Source of the DNA: an uncultured Chloroflexia bacterium
Lineage (GTDB): Bacteria; Chloroflexota; Limnocylindria; Limnocylindrales; CSP1-4
Assembly (NCBI GenBank): GCA_963778955.1
Contig: CAVZWI010000001.1
Coordinates: 480,697-544,696, forward strand
DNA: 64,000 nucleotides
Direction of reading: 5' to 3'
Positions 51,598-61,361 of the stretch are shown in pieces. Below the pieces are notes generated by a model, which was given only the letters and a program-made list of their open reading frames with translations, was not told the DNA's origin and did not search any database. A program made the translations under genes and the position numbers. How positions within the stretch are numbered: the stretch's first letter is position 1; every line of letters begins with the position of its first letter.

Positions 51598-53588
51598 ATG
51601 CTGCTGGTCGCAGTCATCCTGGGCGTCCTTGCCGGTCTGGTAGCGGGTGGGCGGCTGAGCAACCTCATGTCGGCCCGCCTTCGCTTTGGCGCCCTCATCA
51701 TCGCGGGCCTGTTGCTGCGCGTCGTGACGCAGCGGCTCATCGACGATGGCGTCGACGTCGTGGAGCAGCTGCGCCTGCCGCTGTTCGCACTGTCGTTCGG
51801 CCTGGTGGTCGTCGCTTTGTGGCTCAACCGTTCGCAGCCAGGACTCCTGCTGGCGATGGTCGGAGTTTCTGCCAACGGACTCGCCGTGGTTCTCAACGGC
51901 GGCTACATGCCGGTGTATCTGCCAGCCGTGGAGTTGGTCGGGCTCAGCGTCGATGACCTCTCGACCGCCTTCAACACACCGCTTCCGACCGACCTCGGCT
52001 GGGATTTCCTGCTGGCCGGAGGTCCGCTCGGCGATGTGCTGCCCATCGGCATCCCGCTCCTGACCAATGTCATCAGCCTCGGTGATGTGCTGCTCGCGGC
52101 GGGCATCGCCTGGTTCCTGTTCTCGGCTGTCGCGCGCGGTTCGTCCGATCCCGACAGCGGCGTGGTCTCGATGTGGAGCGCCAAGGCACGGACAGAGTCA
52201 AGCGGAGATCCAACGCCGACTCGTGCTGGCCTGGACCGACCGGTCGTCATCGGCTCGGGTATGGGTCCGGGGCTCAGTTCGACACGGCCCGGAGCCACGT
52301 TCGGGACGCCACCGGCAGGGTCGGCCACTGCTGTCCCGGGCGTCGGACAACGGATCCGCGAGCACCCCTATGCGCGGTTGGCACGCGACCCACGCTTCTC
52401 CGCCTTCTGGCTGGCAGGGACGATCAGTCTGTTCGGGGACCGGTTGCACCAGATCGCATTGGGCGTGATGGTCCTGGCCGTTACCGGCTCGGCGATGCAA
52501 ACCGGGCTGGTTTTCCTGGCCGCGACCTTGCCCAATCTGGTACTCGGGCCGATCGCCGGCACCTTCGTCGATCGCTGGGACCAGAAGCGTGTGATGGTCG
52601 CCACCGACCTGTTGCGCGCCGCACTGGTGGTGACGCTGCCGTTCCTGGCTGAGGTGCACATCTGGCTCATCTACCCAGCCGTCTTTCTCATCACCACCAT
52701 CAGCCTGTTCTTCCGTCCAGCCAAGGCCGCCATCGTCCCGCGTATCGTGCCGCGCGAGGACCTGACTCCCGCCAACGGCGCGATGTGGACCGGGGAGACG
52801 GTCGCCGACATCGCTGGCTACCCCCTGGCCGGGGTGTTCGTGGCCATGGTGGGCGCCAACCTGGCGCTGGCGTTCTGGATCGACGCGGCCACCTACATCG
52901 TCAGCGCGGTGCTGCTTGCCGGACTCGTGATCCCCCTGTGGCACGGGGGGCGGCGACCCGTGTCAGTGGAGCGATGGCGGCCTTCGTCGCGGAGTTGCGC
53001 GAGGGATGGCACTTTCTACGAGGCGACACGGCCCTCTTCCAGAACACGATGGTGAGCGTGATGGCGCAGCTTTCGGTCGGTGCCACGCTGGCATTGATGG
53101 TCGTGTATGCCCAACGGTCGCTCGATGGCGACGTGGTCCCCTATCCCGAGAACTACGCCCTCCTGGAGGCGGCGATCGGTGTCGGGAACCTCGTCGGTGG
53201 GTTCATCGTCGGTGCTATCGGAGCGCGACTTCGCAAGGGTTGGCTGGTCATCACCGGGTTTGCCGTGATGGGCCTCGCGACCATCGTGCTGGGTCTGACC
53301 TCCAATGAGTTGCTCGCGGTCACCGCGGCTGTGGTGATCGGCATCTTCAACCTCGTCTATGTCATCCCGAGTCAGACGCTGTTCGCCGAACGCACACCGG
53401 CGGGCATGATGGGGCGAGTCGTGGCCATCCGCTCCAGCATCGTGATGGGTGCGCTGTCCGGGGCGATGGCCGTAAGCGCCGGACTAGCGGATCGTGTGGA
53501 TGCTGGCTTGATCATCGCCGCCACCGGTGTCCTCACGGTGATCTCTGCTGTCGTCGCGGCCTGGCTGCCGGCCGTGCGCGACGCTTAG
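51598..53588 (+). CDS. DUF5317 domain fused to an MFS transporter, frameshift near 52935
   Basis: N-terminal GGRLSNL...ANGLAVVLNGGYMPV...LGDVLP...ISLGDVLL; in-frame linker; MFS FSAFWLAGTISLFGD, GTFVDRWDQKRVMVATDLLRA, GMMGRV. Confidence 0.85.
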
Positions 53589-53693
53589 ACAGGTGGACTG
53601 GGCCTTCGAATGAGGCCGACGCGTCGCGCAGGCAAGAGCGGCCTGAGCCCGCGATAATCGTCACAACGCAAGGACGAGGGAGAGCTCTGCCGC

Positions 53694-54284
53694 ATGACCG
53701 ACCAGCACGAACCGAAAGACGCCATCACCGACGATCCACCAGTCACGGAGACCGAGGGGGTCGAGGCAACTACGCCTGAGGCGGCCACGCCAGCATCATC
53801 GGCGAGTCCGTCCAGGACGGCGGCGGAAGGCTCGACGAACCCCGCCGTGAAGAGTTCGTCGAAGCCGGCGGGCAAGGGACCCGAGAGCCCCGACGAACTG
53901 CCCTACTTCGACGATCCGGTGAGCAAGTGGTGGATCGTCCTCATCGCGGCGGTGTTCGCGCTCATCTTTGCCTGGGCGATCCTCCTCGGCTCGGGCGGCC
54001 TGCTCGGTGGCCTGCTCGACTCAAGCGACTCCAGTGTCGCGACCTCGTCGCCGGAGGCCACGCCCAGCGCTTCCATGGAGCCGGGGCTGACTGCCGCACC
54101 AAGCGTGTCGCCCGTAGCCACCGCCGCACCGCCTGCCACGGTGGCGCCCAGTCCCGAGGCCACCGCAAAGCCGACCACCAAGCCTGAGCCCACCAGCATG
54201 CCGACGCTCGAACTGACGGCCCAGCCAGACGCGTCCGTGGCGCCGGGAGTCAGCCAGGAACCCGCCACCAGCCCAGGTAGCTGA
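53694..54284 (+). CDS. single-TM protein with a Pro/Thr/Ala-rich tail
   Basis: LPYFDDPVSKWWIVLIAAVFALIFAWAILLG followed by a PTA-rich linker. Confidence 0.7.
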   Translation: MTDQHEPKDAITDDPPVTETEGVEATTPEAATPASSASPSRTAAEGSTNPAVKSSSKPAGKGPESPDELPYFDDPVSKWWIVLIAAVFALIFAWAILLGSGGLLGGLLDSSDSSVATSSPEATPSASMEPGLTAAPSVSPVATAAPPATVAPSPEATAKPTTKPEPTSMPTLELTAQPDASVAPGVSQEPATSPGS

Positions 54285-54293
54285 CGCCATGGG

Positions 54294-54990
54294 GTGAACG
54301 GGAAGCCTGTCGGGCCGCCTTCGTCCGACCCCTTCGCGGCCGAGCGCATGGCCATGGTCCGCGACCAACTGGAGGCACGTGGCATCCACGACCCCGCGGC
54401 ACTCAGCGCCATGGCGATCGTGCCCCGGGAGGCCTTCGTTCCGGAGGAGCAGATCGGCGACGCGTACGCAGACGGCGCCATGCCCATCGGACATGGACAG
54501 ACCATCTCGCAGCCATACATCGTGGGCCGCATGACAGCCCTCCTCGAGCTAACCGCCCAGGGCTGGCCCTGGAACGACGCGCCTCCGTCCATCCTTGATG
54601 TCGGGACCGGCTCGGGCTACCAGGCGGCGGTGCTGGCGCAGACGGGCGCCCGGGTCGATCTCGATCGAGCGTGACCCGGATCTGGCCGCGGCCGCACGTG
54701 AACGCCTGGCGCGCCTCGGCTACGAGGTCGCGGTGATCGTCGGTGATGGAGGTGCCGGCTATCCTCTGGCCGCACCCTACGCCGGCATCGTCGTGGCCGC
54801 GGCCAGCCCAGGGGTGCCCGGGCCACTGATCGACCAACTGGCTGACGGAGCCCGCTTGGTGGTGCCGGTCGGATCGCGCCGGTCACAGCGCCTCACGGTG
54901 GTGCATCGAACTGGCCGGCGTACGGACACGACGGTCGCTGACGGCTGCGTCTTCGTACCACTGCTGGGCACCTACGGCCAGCCTGACTGA
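54294..54990 (+). CDS. pcm: protein-L-isoaspartate O-methyltransferase, frameshift near 54655
   Basis: [44 protein letters not shown]; SIERD...GDG..G...APY...LVVPVG...FVPL. Confidence 0.93.
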
Positions 54991-55024
54991 TCGGCCCGCC
55001 GGGCCGGTGCTATCCTCGCCCGCG

Positions 55025-56099
55025 ATGACACACGTCTTCGTTGCCCCCCACCCAGACGATGTCGCGCTCTCGTGTGGCGGCCTCGTGGCCAGCCTTCGAG
55101 AACTCGGCCAGTCCGTCACCATCCTGACCGTCTATTCCGGCGGGCCCAGAGCCGGGTCCCACGACGAGGACAGGCAGCGCCAAGCGCTTGGCTTCGGCAC
55201 CAAGGCCCTGGCGCCGAACACGCAAGCGTTCAACCGCGGGAACATCGCTGCCGAGTACCCGGTCGCCACGACGACCGGCTCGGGCGCCCCCTGGCAGGCT
55301 GATCCAGGACGCATCGAGGCGACCCAGGATCGCGCCAACACACAGGCTCGCCAGTTCTGGCAGCGGGCCGCCTGGTCTCGCAGTGCCAACGTCACCAACG
55401 ACGCGCATGAGGAGCGACGACTGGCCGACGACGTGGCCAGCTATGGCACTCTGCGGTCATATGACCTGGCCAGCGCCGACGCGACGACCCTGCGCAAAGC
55501 GGAAGATGAGCGTTGGGCCTACTTCGTCGAAGCGGCCATCGTCGATCTCGACCTGCCGGACGCCACCCATCGTGGCTACGACGGCGATGACGCGCTCCTG
55601 GGGCCCCCATCTCTCGATGACGAACCGCCGACCGACATCCTGCGCCGCGAGATCGCTGCGACTGGAACCACAGCAGGTCTATTTCCCGTTGGGCGTCGGT
55701 GGCCACGTCGATCACCGGCTGTGCCGCGATGCCGGCCTGGAGATGCTGGCGGACGCTCCCGCCTGGGTGATGCCGGCGCCCGACATGGCCGGGCGGCTCT
55801 CGTTCTACGAGGACTTCCCGTACGCCTGGTGGGGCGGCTTCTCCGGACTTGCCGATCTGGCCGGCCAGGACATCGATATGCCCCCGGGCATGGGGCTCGA
55901 GGCGCGCTACGCCGACATCAGCGACCAACTGGAGCGCAAGAACGCCGGCCTGAAGATGTATGCCGGACAGGTCCAGAGGCTGTTCGACGGCGAGCAGGGC
56001 ATGTTCGACGCCGTGGCCGGCTACGCCGCGCGTGTCGCCGATGCCGGTGGCGTGCGGACCGGGGCGGCTGAACGCTATTGGGGCGTCGTCCGAGGGTAG
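55025..56099 (+). CDS. PIG-L/LmbE family deacetylase, frameshift near 55660
   Basis: APHPDDVALSCGG, RKAED, LPDATHRGY, PLGVGGHVDH, FYEDFPY, ERYW. Confidence 0.87.
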
Positions 56100-56131
56100 C
56101 CAGTGCCAAGGCCCCGGAGCGGGGCGACTGA

Positions 56132-56965
56132 TCAGACGCTGTCGTCCGGCCTTCTGGCGGTACGAGACGATGCCACGCTGCGGTGGATGATGGGGATACG
56201 GAAGAGGTCCCACAGCACGCTCAGCGCCAGGCGTGGTCGCACCCGCATGCGCGAGCCATGGATGTCATACCACATGACCGGCACGATGGCGAGGCGGTAG
56301 CCGAGGCGGCGGGCCAGGAATATGACTTCCGCATCAAAGACGATGCCGTCCGTCCTGAGGCGACCGAAGATGTCATGACCGGCGGCTTGCCTGAAGCCCT
56401 TGAAGCCACACTGGGTGTCAGGCACGTCGCCCGTGACCCACAGCCCTGCCAGCCACCGGTAAAGCCGGCCCAGGGAGCGCCGATACGCGGGCTGGCTGGC
56501 CCGTCGATCGGAGCCGTCGGGCTGGATGCGGCTACCAAGCGCGACGTCGGCGGTCCGCAGCGCCTGCACCAACAGGGGGATCTGGTCGGGAGGAGTGGCC
56601 ATGTCGGCATCGGCGAAGATGACCAGGTCACCTTGCGCGGCCAGGATGCCGGCCGTGACCGCGGCACCCTTGCCGGCGTGTCGGCGTCGGAGGACCCGCA
56701 GCCGCGCCGACGAGCCATCGGGTCCGGACCGAGCCTCTGGGCGATCCTCCACGATGTCGGCCGTCTCGTCCTCCGAGCCATCGTCGACGACGAGCACCTC
56801 CCACGTGCCGACCTCATCGGACGAACGGCCGCCGCTACGGGGTCGACCACCCCGATGGAGCCAGCCGAATAGCTCGTCGAGTGCCGGCTCGATACGCTCA
56901 GCCTCGTTGAACGCCGGCAGCACGATGGTCAGGTGGGCATGTCCCGGGTCGCCAGATGTCACCAT
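56132..56965 (-). CDS. GT2 polyprenyl-phosphate glycosyltransferase (ALG5/DPM-like)
   Basis: IVLPAFNE, VVDDGS, GKGAAV, FADAD, DTQCGFKGF, FDAEV. Confidence 0.9.
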   Translation of the reverse strand: MVTSGDPGHAHLTIVLPAFNEAERIEPALDELFGWLHRGGRPRSGGRSSDEVGTWEVLVVDDGSEDETADIVEDRPEARSGPDGSSARLRVLRRRHAGKGAAVTAGILAAQGDLVIFADADMATPPDQIPLLVQALRTADVALGSRIQPDGSDRRASQPAYRRSLGRLYRWLAGLWVTGDVPDTQCGFKGFRQAAGHDIFGRLRTDGIVFDAEVIFLARRLGYRLAIVPVMWYDIHGSRMRVRPRLALSVLWDLFRIPIIHRSVASSRTARRPDDSV

Positions 56966-57118
56966 GAGAGGCTAGCGGGCACGTGCGTCTCGGCAGATGG
57001 CTCCTTGGTCCCATCGTGAATGCACCGCAGGGCACCTGTCTCCAACAGCATGACCCCCGGGGCCTGGCCCTTTCGTACTACCGGGGAGTGACGCGGTCCG
57101 TGGCAGTGTGTCACCGAC

Positions 57119-58756
57119 ATGGCGGTCCCCATCCTGCTCTTCGCGGTCGCTCTTGGTGCGCGCATGCTTACCGCGGCGCTCTTCGCCGAACCTGCCTATC
57201 CCGACGCCTACTACTACGCCAACCTGGCACGGGAACTCGCGGCTGGCGGCGGCTTTTCGGTCGACTACATCTGGAACTTCATCGAGGTCGGCGGCGTACT
57301 CCCGGATGTGGGCGTCTTGCCGATTCCTTCGAACGCCCACTGGATGCCACTGGCCGCGCTGGTGCAAGTGCCGTTCATCTGGCTGCTGGGACCGACCAGT
57401 GTGGCCTCCGGCCTGCCGTTCTGGCTTGCCGCAGCCGCCGTGGCGCCGTTGACGTGGTTCATCGGGCGCGATGCCGGCATGCCCTCGTGGCAATCAGCCG
57501 CGGCTGGGCTGCTGGTGGCGATGCCGGCCGGCGTGTCGCCGTTTCTGGGACAGCCTGACAATTTCGCCATCTTCATGTTCCTGGGCGCGTTGGCACTGTG
57601 GTTGTGCGGACGCGGGCTGCGCGGCGACCGTCGCTCCTACGCGCTGGGCGGGGTCGTGGTCGGTCTGGCGTTCCTCTCCCGCAATGATGGTGTGCTGCTG
57701 GGCGTGCCCTTCGCGCTGGCCTTCCTGTACGACATGATGCGGCGACCCCGGGGCTCTCGGATCGGCTGGTGGCCCGCCCTGCTCTGCGCTGGTGGCTTCC
57801 TCCTCGTCACCGCCCCCTGGCTCCTGCGGCAGTTGGAGGTGTTCGGCTCCATCTCACCTTCCTCAGCCGGTGGACGCGTCCTCTTCATCGGCACGTATCG
57901 CGAGCTCTACAGCGTCACCACCGAGACCACGCTGGCCTCATTCCTCGCCCAGGGCGCCGGAGCGCTCCTCCAGAGCCGCTTGACCGGGTTGTGGGATGCC
58001 GCGCTGATCTTCGTCGCGATGCCGCTGCTGCTGATACTGCTGCCGTTCCTGCTCATCGGCTCTTGGGTCGGTCGCCACCGGCGGGCGTTCACGCCGTGGT
58101 TCGTCTACACCCTGGTCCTGTTCCTGTTCACCGCCGTCGTGTCGGCGGTCCACGTGCCGTATGGCACCTTCATCCATTCCGCGGTGGCGCTGCTGCCACA
58201 CGCTTACCTGCTGGTGATGCTGGGTGTCGCCACGACCGTCGGCTGGATCGCTTCGCATCGCCCATCATGGGACGCGCCGCGCGCCAGCCGAAACTTCAGT
58301 CTCATGCTGGTCGGCGTGATGGGTGTGGCGTCGGTCTTCGCGACCATGTCGACGGTCGGTGCCTGGAAGCGCGAGCGCGATGGTCGGACCGCAGTCCTCG
58401 CGATGCTCTCGGCAAAGGCTGAGCCCGGCGATGTCGTCATGAGTCCCGACGCCGGCGCATACCAGTACTACGGCGACTGGGCCGGCGTGGTGACGCCGGA
58501 TGATCCACTCGCTACCGTGGAGCAGGCATTAGCCCGGTACGACGTACGCTGGCTGGCACTCGAGGGCGCCCACATCACGAGCGGACTGGAGCCGCTGCTA
58601 CGGGGTGAGGTCCAGCCCGACTGGCTGTCGGCGCCGCTGGTCGTCGTGCCGCCGCTTCCGCCCGAAGGCGACGAGACCACACCAGCCGACCCCTTGCCCA
58701 GAGCCGCGCTCTATGCGGTGTGCCTCTCGGGGACCGACACACGGTGCGACGGATGA
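57119..58756 (+). CDS. GT-C (ArnT/PMT-like) polytopic glycosyltransferase
   Basis: PAYPDAYYYANLARELAAGGG, WMPL, GLAFLSRNDG, PWLLRQ; about 11-13 TMs. Confidence 0.78.
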   Translation: MAVPILLFAVALGARMLTAALFAEPAYPDAYYYANLARELAAGGGFSVDYIWNFIEVGGVLPDVGVLPIPSNAHWMPLAALVQVPFIWLLGPTSVASGLPFWLAAAAVAPLTWFIGRDAGMPSWQSAAAGLLVAMPAGVSPFLGQPDNFAIFMFLGALALWLCGRGLRGDRRSYALGGVVVGLAFLSRNDGVLLGVPFALAFLYDMMRRPRGSRIGWWPALLCAGGFLLVTAPWLLRQLEVFGSISPSSAGGRVLFIGTYRELYSVTTETTLASFLAQGAGALLQSRLTGLWDAALIFVAMPLLLILLPFLLIGSWVGRHRRAFTPWFVYTLVLFLFTAVVSAVHVPYGTFIHSAVALLPHAYLLVMLGVATTVGWIASHRPSWDAPRASRNFSLMLVGVMGVASVFATMSTVGAWKRERDGRTAVLAMLSAKAEPGDVVMSPDAGAYQYYGDWAGVVTPDDPLATVEQALARYDVRWLALEGAHITSGLEPLLRGEVQPDWLSAPLVVVPPLPPEGDETTPADPLPRAALYAVCLSGTDTRCDG

Positions 58757-60408
58757 GCATCATCATCCCGGTCGCCCTCTATCTGGTGGCCTTGGCCATC
58801 CGCCTCATCGCGGCCGGCGAGATCCCGTTCCCGGCCACCGAGCCCAGTGCCTACTACGTGGATGTGGCCCAGAACCTCGTGGCCGGCCACGGCCTGGTCA
58901 GTGATGGCGTGTGGAGCTATGCCACCGCTCCCCTTCAGGTGCCAAAGCCCGCCTTCGAGCTCTGGTTGCCCATGAGTACGTTCGTGTCCGCGGCCGCGGT
59001 GTCCGTGCTGGGATCGACCTTCTGGGCCGCGCAAGTCGGTGGTGCGGTCCTGGGCGCCGCCGTGGCGCCCCTGGCCTGGGCGGTCGGAAGCGAGGCGGCG
59101 GGGGCACAAGGACTCGACGCTCGCCGAGGACGAGCCGTGGCGATCACCTCCGGCCTGCTGGCCGCGGTCCTGGCGCCACTGGTGCTGGGATCGGTGGTAC
59201 CCGACTCGTACACGCCGTTCACCGTCTTCGTGCTGCTGAGCGCGCTGCTGGTGCCGCGTGTGGTGGGCCCCGGCGAAGGCCGAAGCGGGGCCGCCGGCCA
59301 ACCAGGGATCGTGGCGGGTCTCGCCCTCGGGATCACCTTGGGCCTCGCCTATCTTTCGCGCCAGGAGACCATCTGGCTGGGCCTTACGGTGCTCCTGATG
59401 ATGGGCTGGAGGTCACGTCGGTGGACGCCGGGTACCCGATGGCGGCAGGCCTTCGGACGCCTATGGCCGATCATCGTGGGTGGCTTCATCACCGTGCTGC
59501 CGTGGTTGCTGCGCAACACGATCGAGTTCGGCAGCCCCTTTCCTGGCCAGGCCATCGAGAACATGTTCCTCGTGGACAACGAGGACATCTTTGCCTTCCG
59601 CGATCGTCCGGAGGCGGCAACGTACCTGGCACAAGGCCTCGGCACCGTTCTCTGGAACCCTCTGTCAGCGGCATGGGACGGTCTTCTCAACGTCATCGTC
59701 CTGCCAGCCTTCCCGGTGGGCCTGGCCGGTGTCATCGCGCTGCTCGGCATGTGGCGCGCGGCGGCGCTACGCCGACCCACCGCCTTGGCCGCACTTCTGC
59801 TGAGCGGTGCCTTCACCTTCGTCAGCACGATGGTGCTGTTCCCGGTGGCCACGTTGTGGGGCACGTTCATGCACGCGTCAGGGCCACTGCTGGTGGCGCT
59901 GGGCGTCATGGCCGCACTGGGTGGCGACGCCTTGCTGGCCAGGATCTCGGCGGCGCGAGCCTGGGAGAAACCCAATGTCATCGTGGCGCCCATCGCCCTG
60001 GTCGTCACGGCCGGACTGATCACGGTCTTGAGCGTCTCGCTCTACGGAGCACAGTCGCGCCAGACCCAGGACCGATACGCGGACCTGGCGACATCGCTGC
60101 AGGCAAGCGCAGAGGCCACCGGACAGGACGTGCCCGACACCATCATCACCGACCACCCCATGTGGCTGGCCGGTGCCCTGGGGCGGTACGCGATCGCGCT
60201 ACCTGACGAGGGACTCACTTCGGTCGTCGAGTTGAGCCAGGTCTTCGCAGCCCCCTGGGTCGTCGTCGTCGACGAACGCGGACGCTTTCCTCAGGCGCTG
60301 CTCGATGCCTCGGCCCGCGGCTGTCTCACCGCCGACCCTGAGCCGCTGGCGGCAGGGAGCGGCGAGGCCTGGCTCTTCAGGCTGGGTCGGGAGTGTGCCG
60401 CATCGTGA
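58753..60408 (+). CDS. second GT-C polytopic glycosyltransferase (paralogue)
   Basis: AYYVDVAQNLVAGHG, WLPM, GLAYLSRQE, PWLLRN; ATGA overlap with the previous gene. Confidence 0.78.
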   Translation: MSIIIPVALYLVALAIRLIAAGEIPFPATEPSAYYVDVAQNLVAGHGLVSDGVWSYATAPLQVPKPAFELWLPMSTFVSAAAVSVLGSTFWAAQVGGAVLGAAVAPLAWAVGSEAAGAQGLDARRGRAVAITSGLLAAVLAPLVLGSVVPDSYTPFTVFVLLSALLVPRVVGPGEGRSGAAGQPGIVAGLALGITLGLAYLSRQETIWLGLTVLLMMGWRSRRWTPGTRWRQAFGRLWPIIVGGFITVLPWLLRNTIEFGSPFPGQAIENMFLVDNEDIFAFRDRPEAATYLAQGLGTVLWNPLSAAWDGLLNVIVLPAFPVGLAGVIALLGMWRAAALRRPTALAALLLSGAFTFVSTMVLFPVATLWGTFMHASGPLLVALGVMAALGGDALLARISAARAWEKPNVIVAPIALVVTAGLITVLSVSLYGAQSRQTQDRYADLATSLQASAEATGQDVPDTIITDHPMWLAGALGRYAIALPDEGLTSVVELSQVFAAPWVVVVDERGRFPQALLDASARGCLTADPEPLAAGSGEAWLFRLGRECAAS

Positions 60409-60613
60409 AAGTCGACGCCGGGAGGGCCCGCGGCAACGCCTATACTCCGAGCCACATGGATGCCGGGACCCCGCACCTGCGGAAGCAACGAAGCAGGACA
60501 GAGCAGGCATGCGTGCGGGTGCGCCCCGAGTGCGCGCCGGCGGACATCGTCAGCCAGGTGGCTGCGGGCACGACGCACTGGTTCGTGCCTCACCCCAGGG
60601 AGAGGAGTATGGA

Positions 60614-61361
60614 ATGAGCCCGGGCGAGTACGCAGGACCGGAGCGGCGCCGAGGTGGCCCCGACCGGCGAGACCCCAACGCACGGATCGAAGATCCTGCT
60701 CGTCGATGACCATGCCCTCTTCCGTGTGGGCATGCGGCAGACGCTCGAAGCCGAGGCCGACTTCGATGTCGTGGCCGAGGCTGAGGATTCGCGCAGCGCC
60801 ATCGATGCCGCCGCAGCCCACACGCCTGACATCGTGTTGCTGGACCTTTCGCTTCCCGCTCCAGGCGGCATCGAAACGACCCAGCGCGTGAAGCGGGAGG
60901 TACCAAGTTCCGGCATCGTCGCGCTGGCGGCATCCGAGGACGAGGACCAGCTCTTCGAGGCGATCAAGGCCGGAGCCGCGGCCTTCCTGCTCAAGGACAT
61001 CAGCCCCGCGGACCTGGTGACGATCATCCGCAGAGTCAACCAGGGCGAGTACCTCATCAACGACAAGGTCTTCGCACGTCCGTCGGTCGCGAACCGCGTG
61101 CTCAAGGAGTTCCGCGAGCTGGCGGTCTATGGCCAGGAGGCGGCCCCAATCTTCGCGCCGCTGTCGCCGCGTGAGGTCGAGATCCTGGACAACATCGCCA
61201 AGGGCATGACGAACAAGCAGGTCGCCTATGCCCTCTCCATCAGCGAGCAGACGGTCAAGAACCACATGAGCTCGATCCTGCGCAAGCTGTCGGTGAACGA
61301 CCGCACACAGGCCGTGGTGTACGCCATGAAGCAAGGCTGGATCAGGATCCCTGAGGATTGA
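60614..61361 (+). CDS. NarL/DegU-type response regulator (start at 60614 with a frameshift near 60690, or GTG at 60654)
   Basis: ILLVDDH, PDIVLLDLSLP, FLLKD, LSPREVEIL...GMTNKQVA..LSISEQTVKNHMSSILRKL. Confidence 0.93.
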
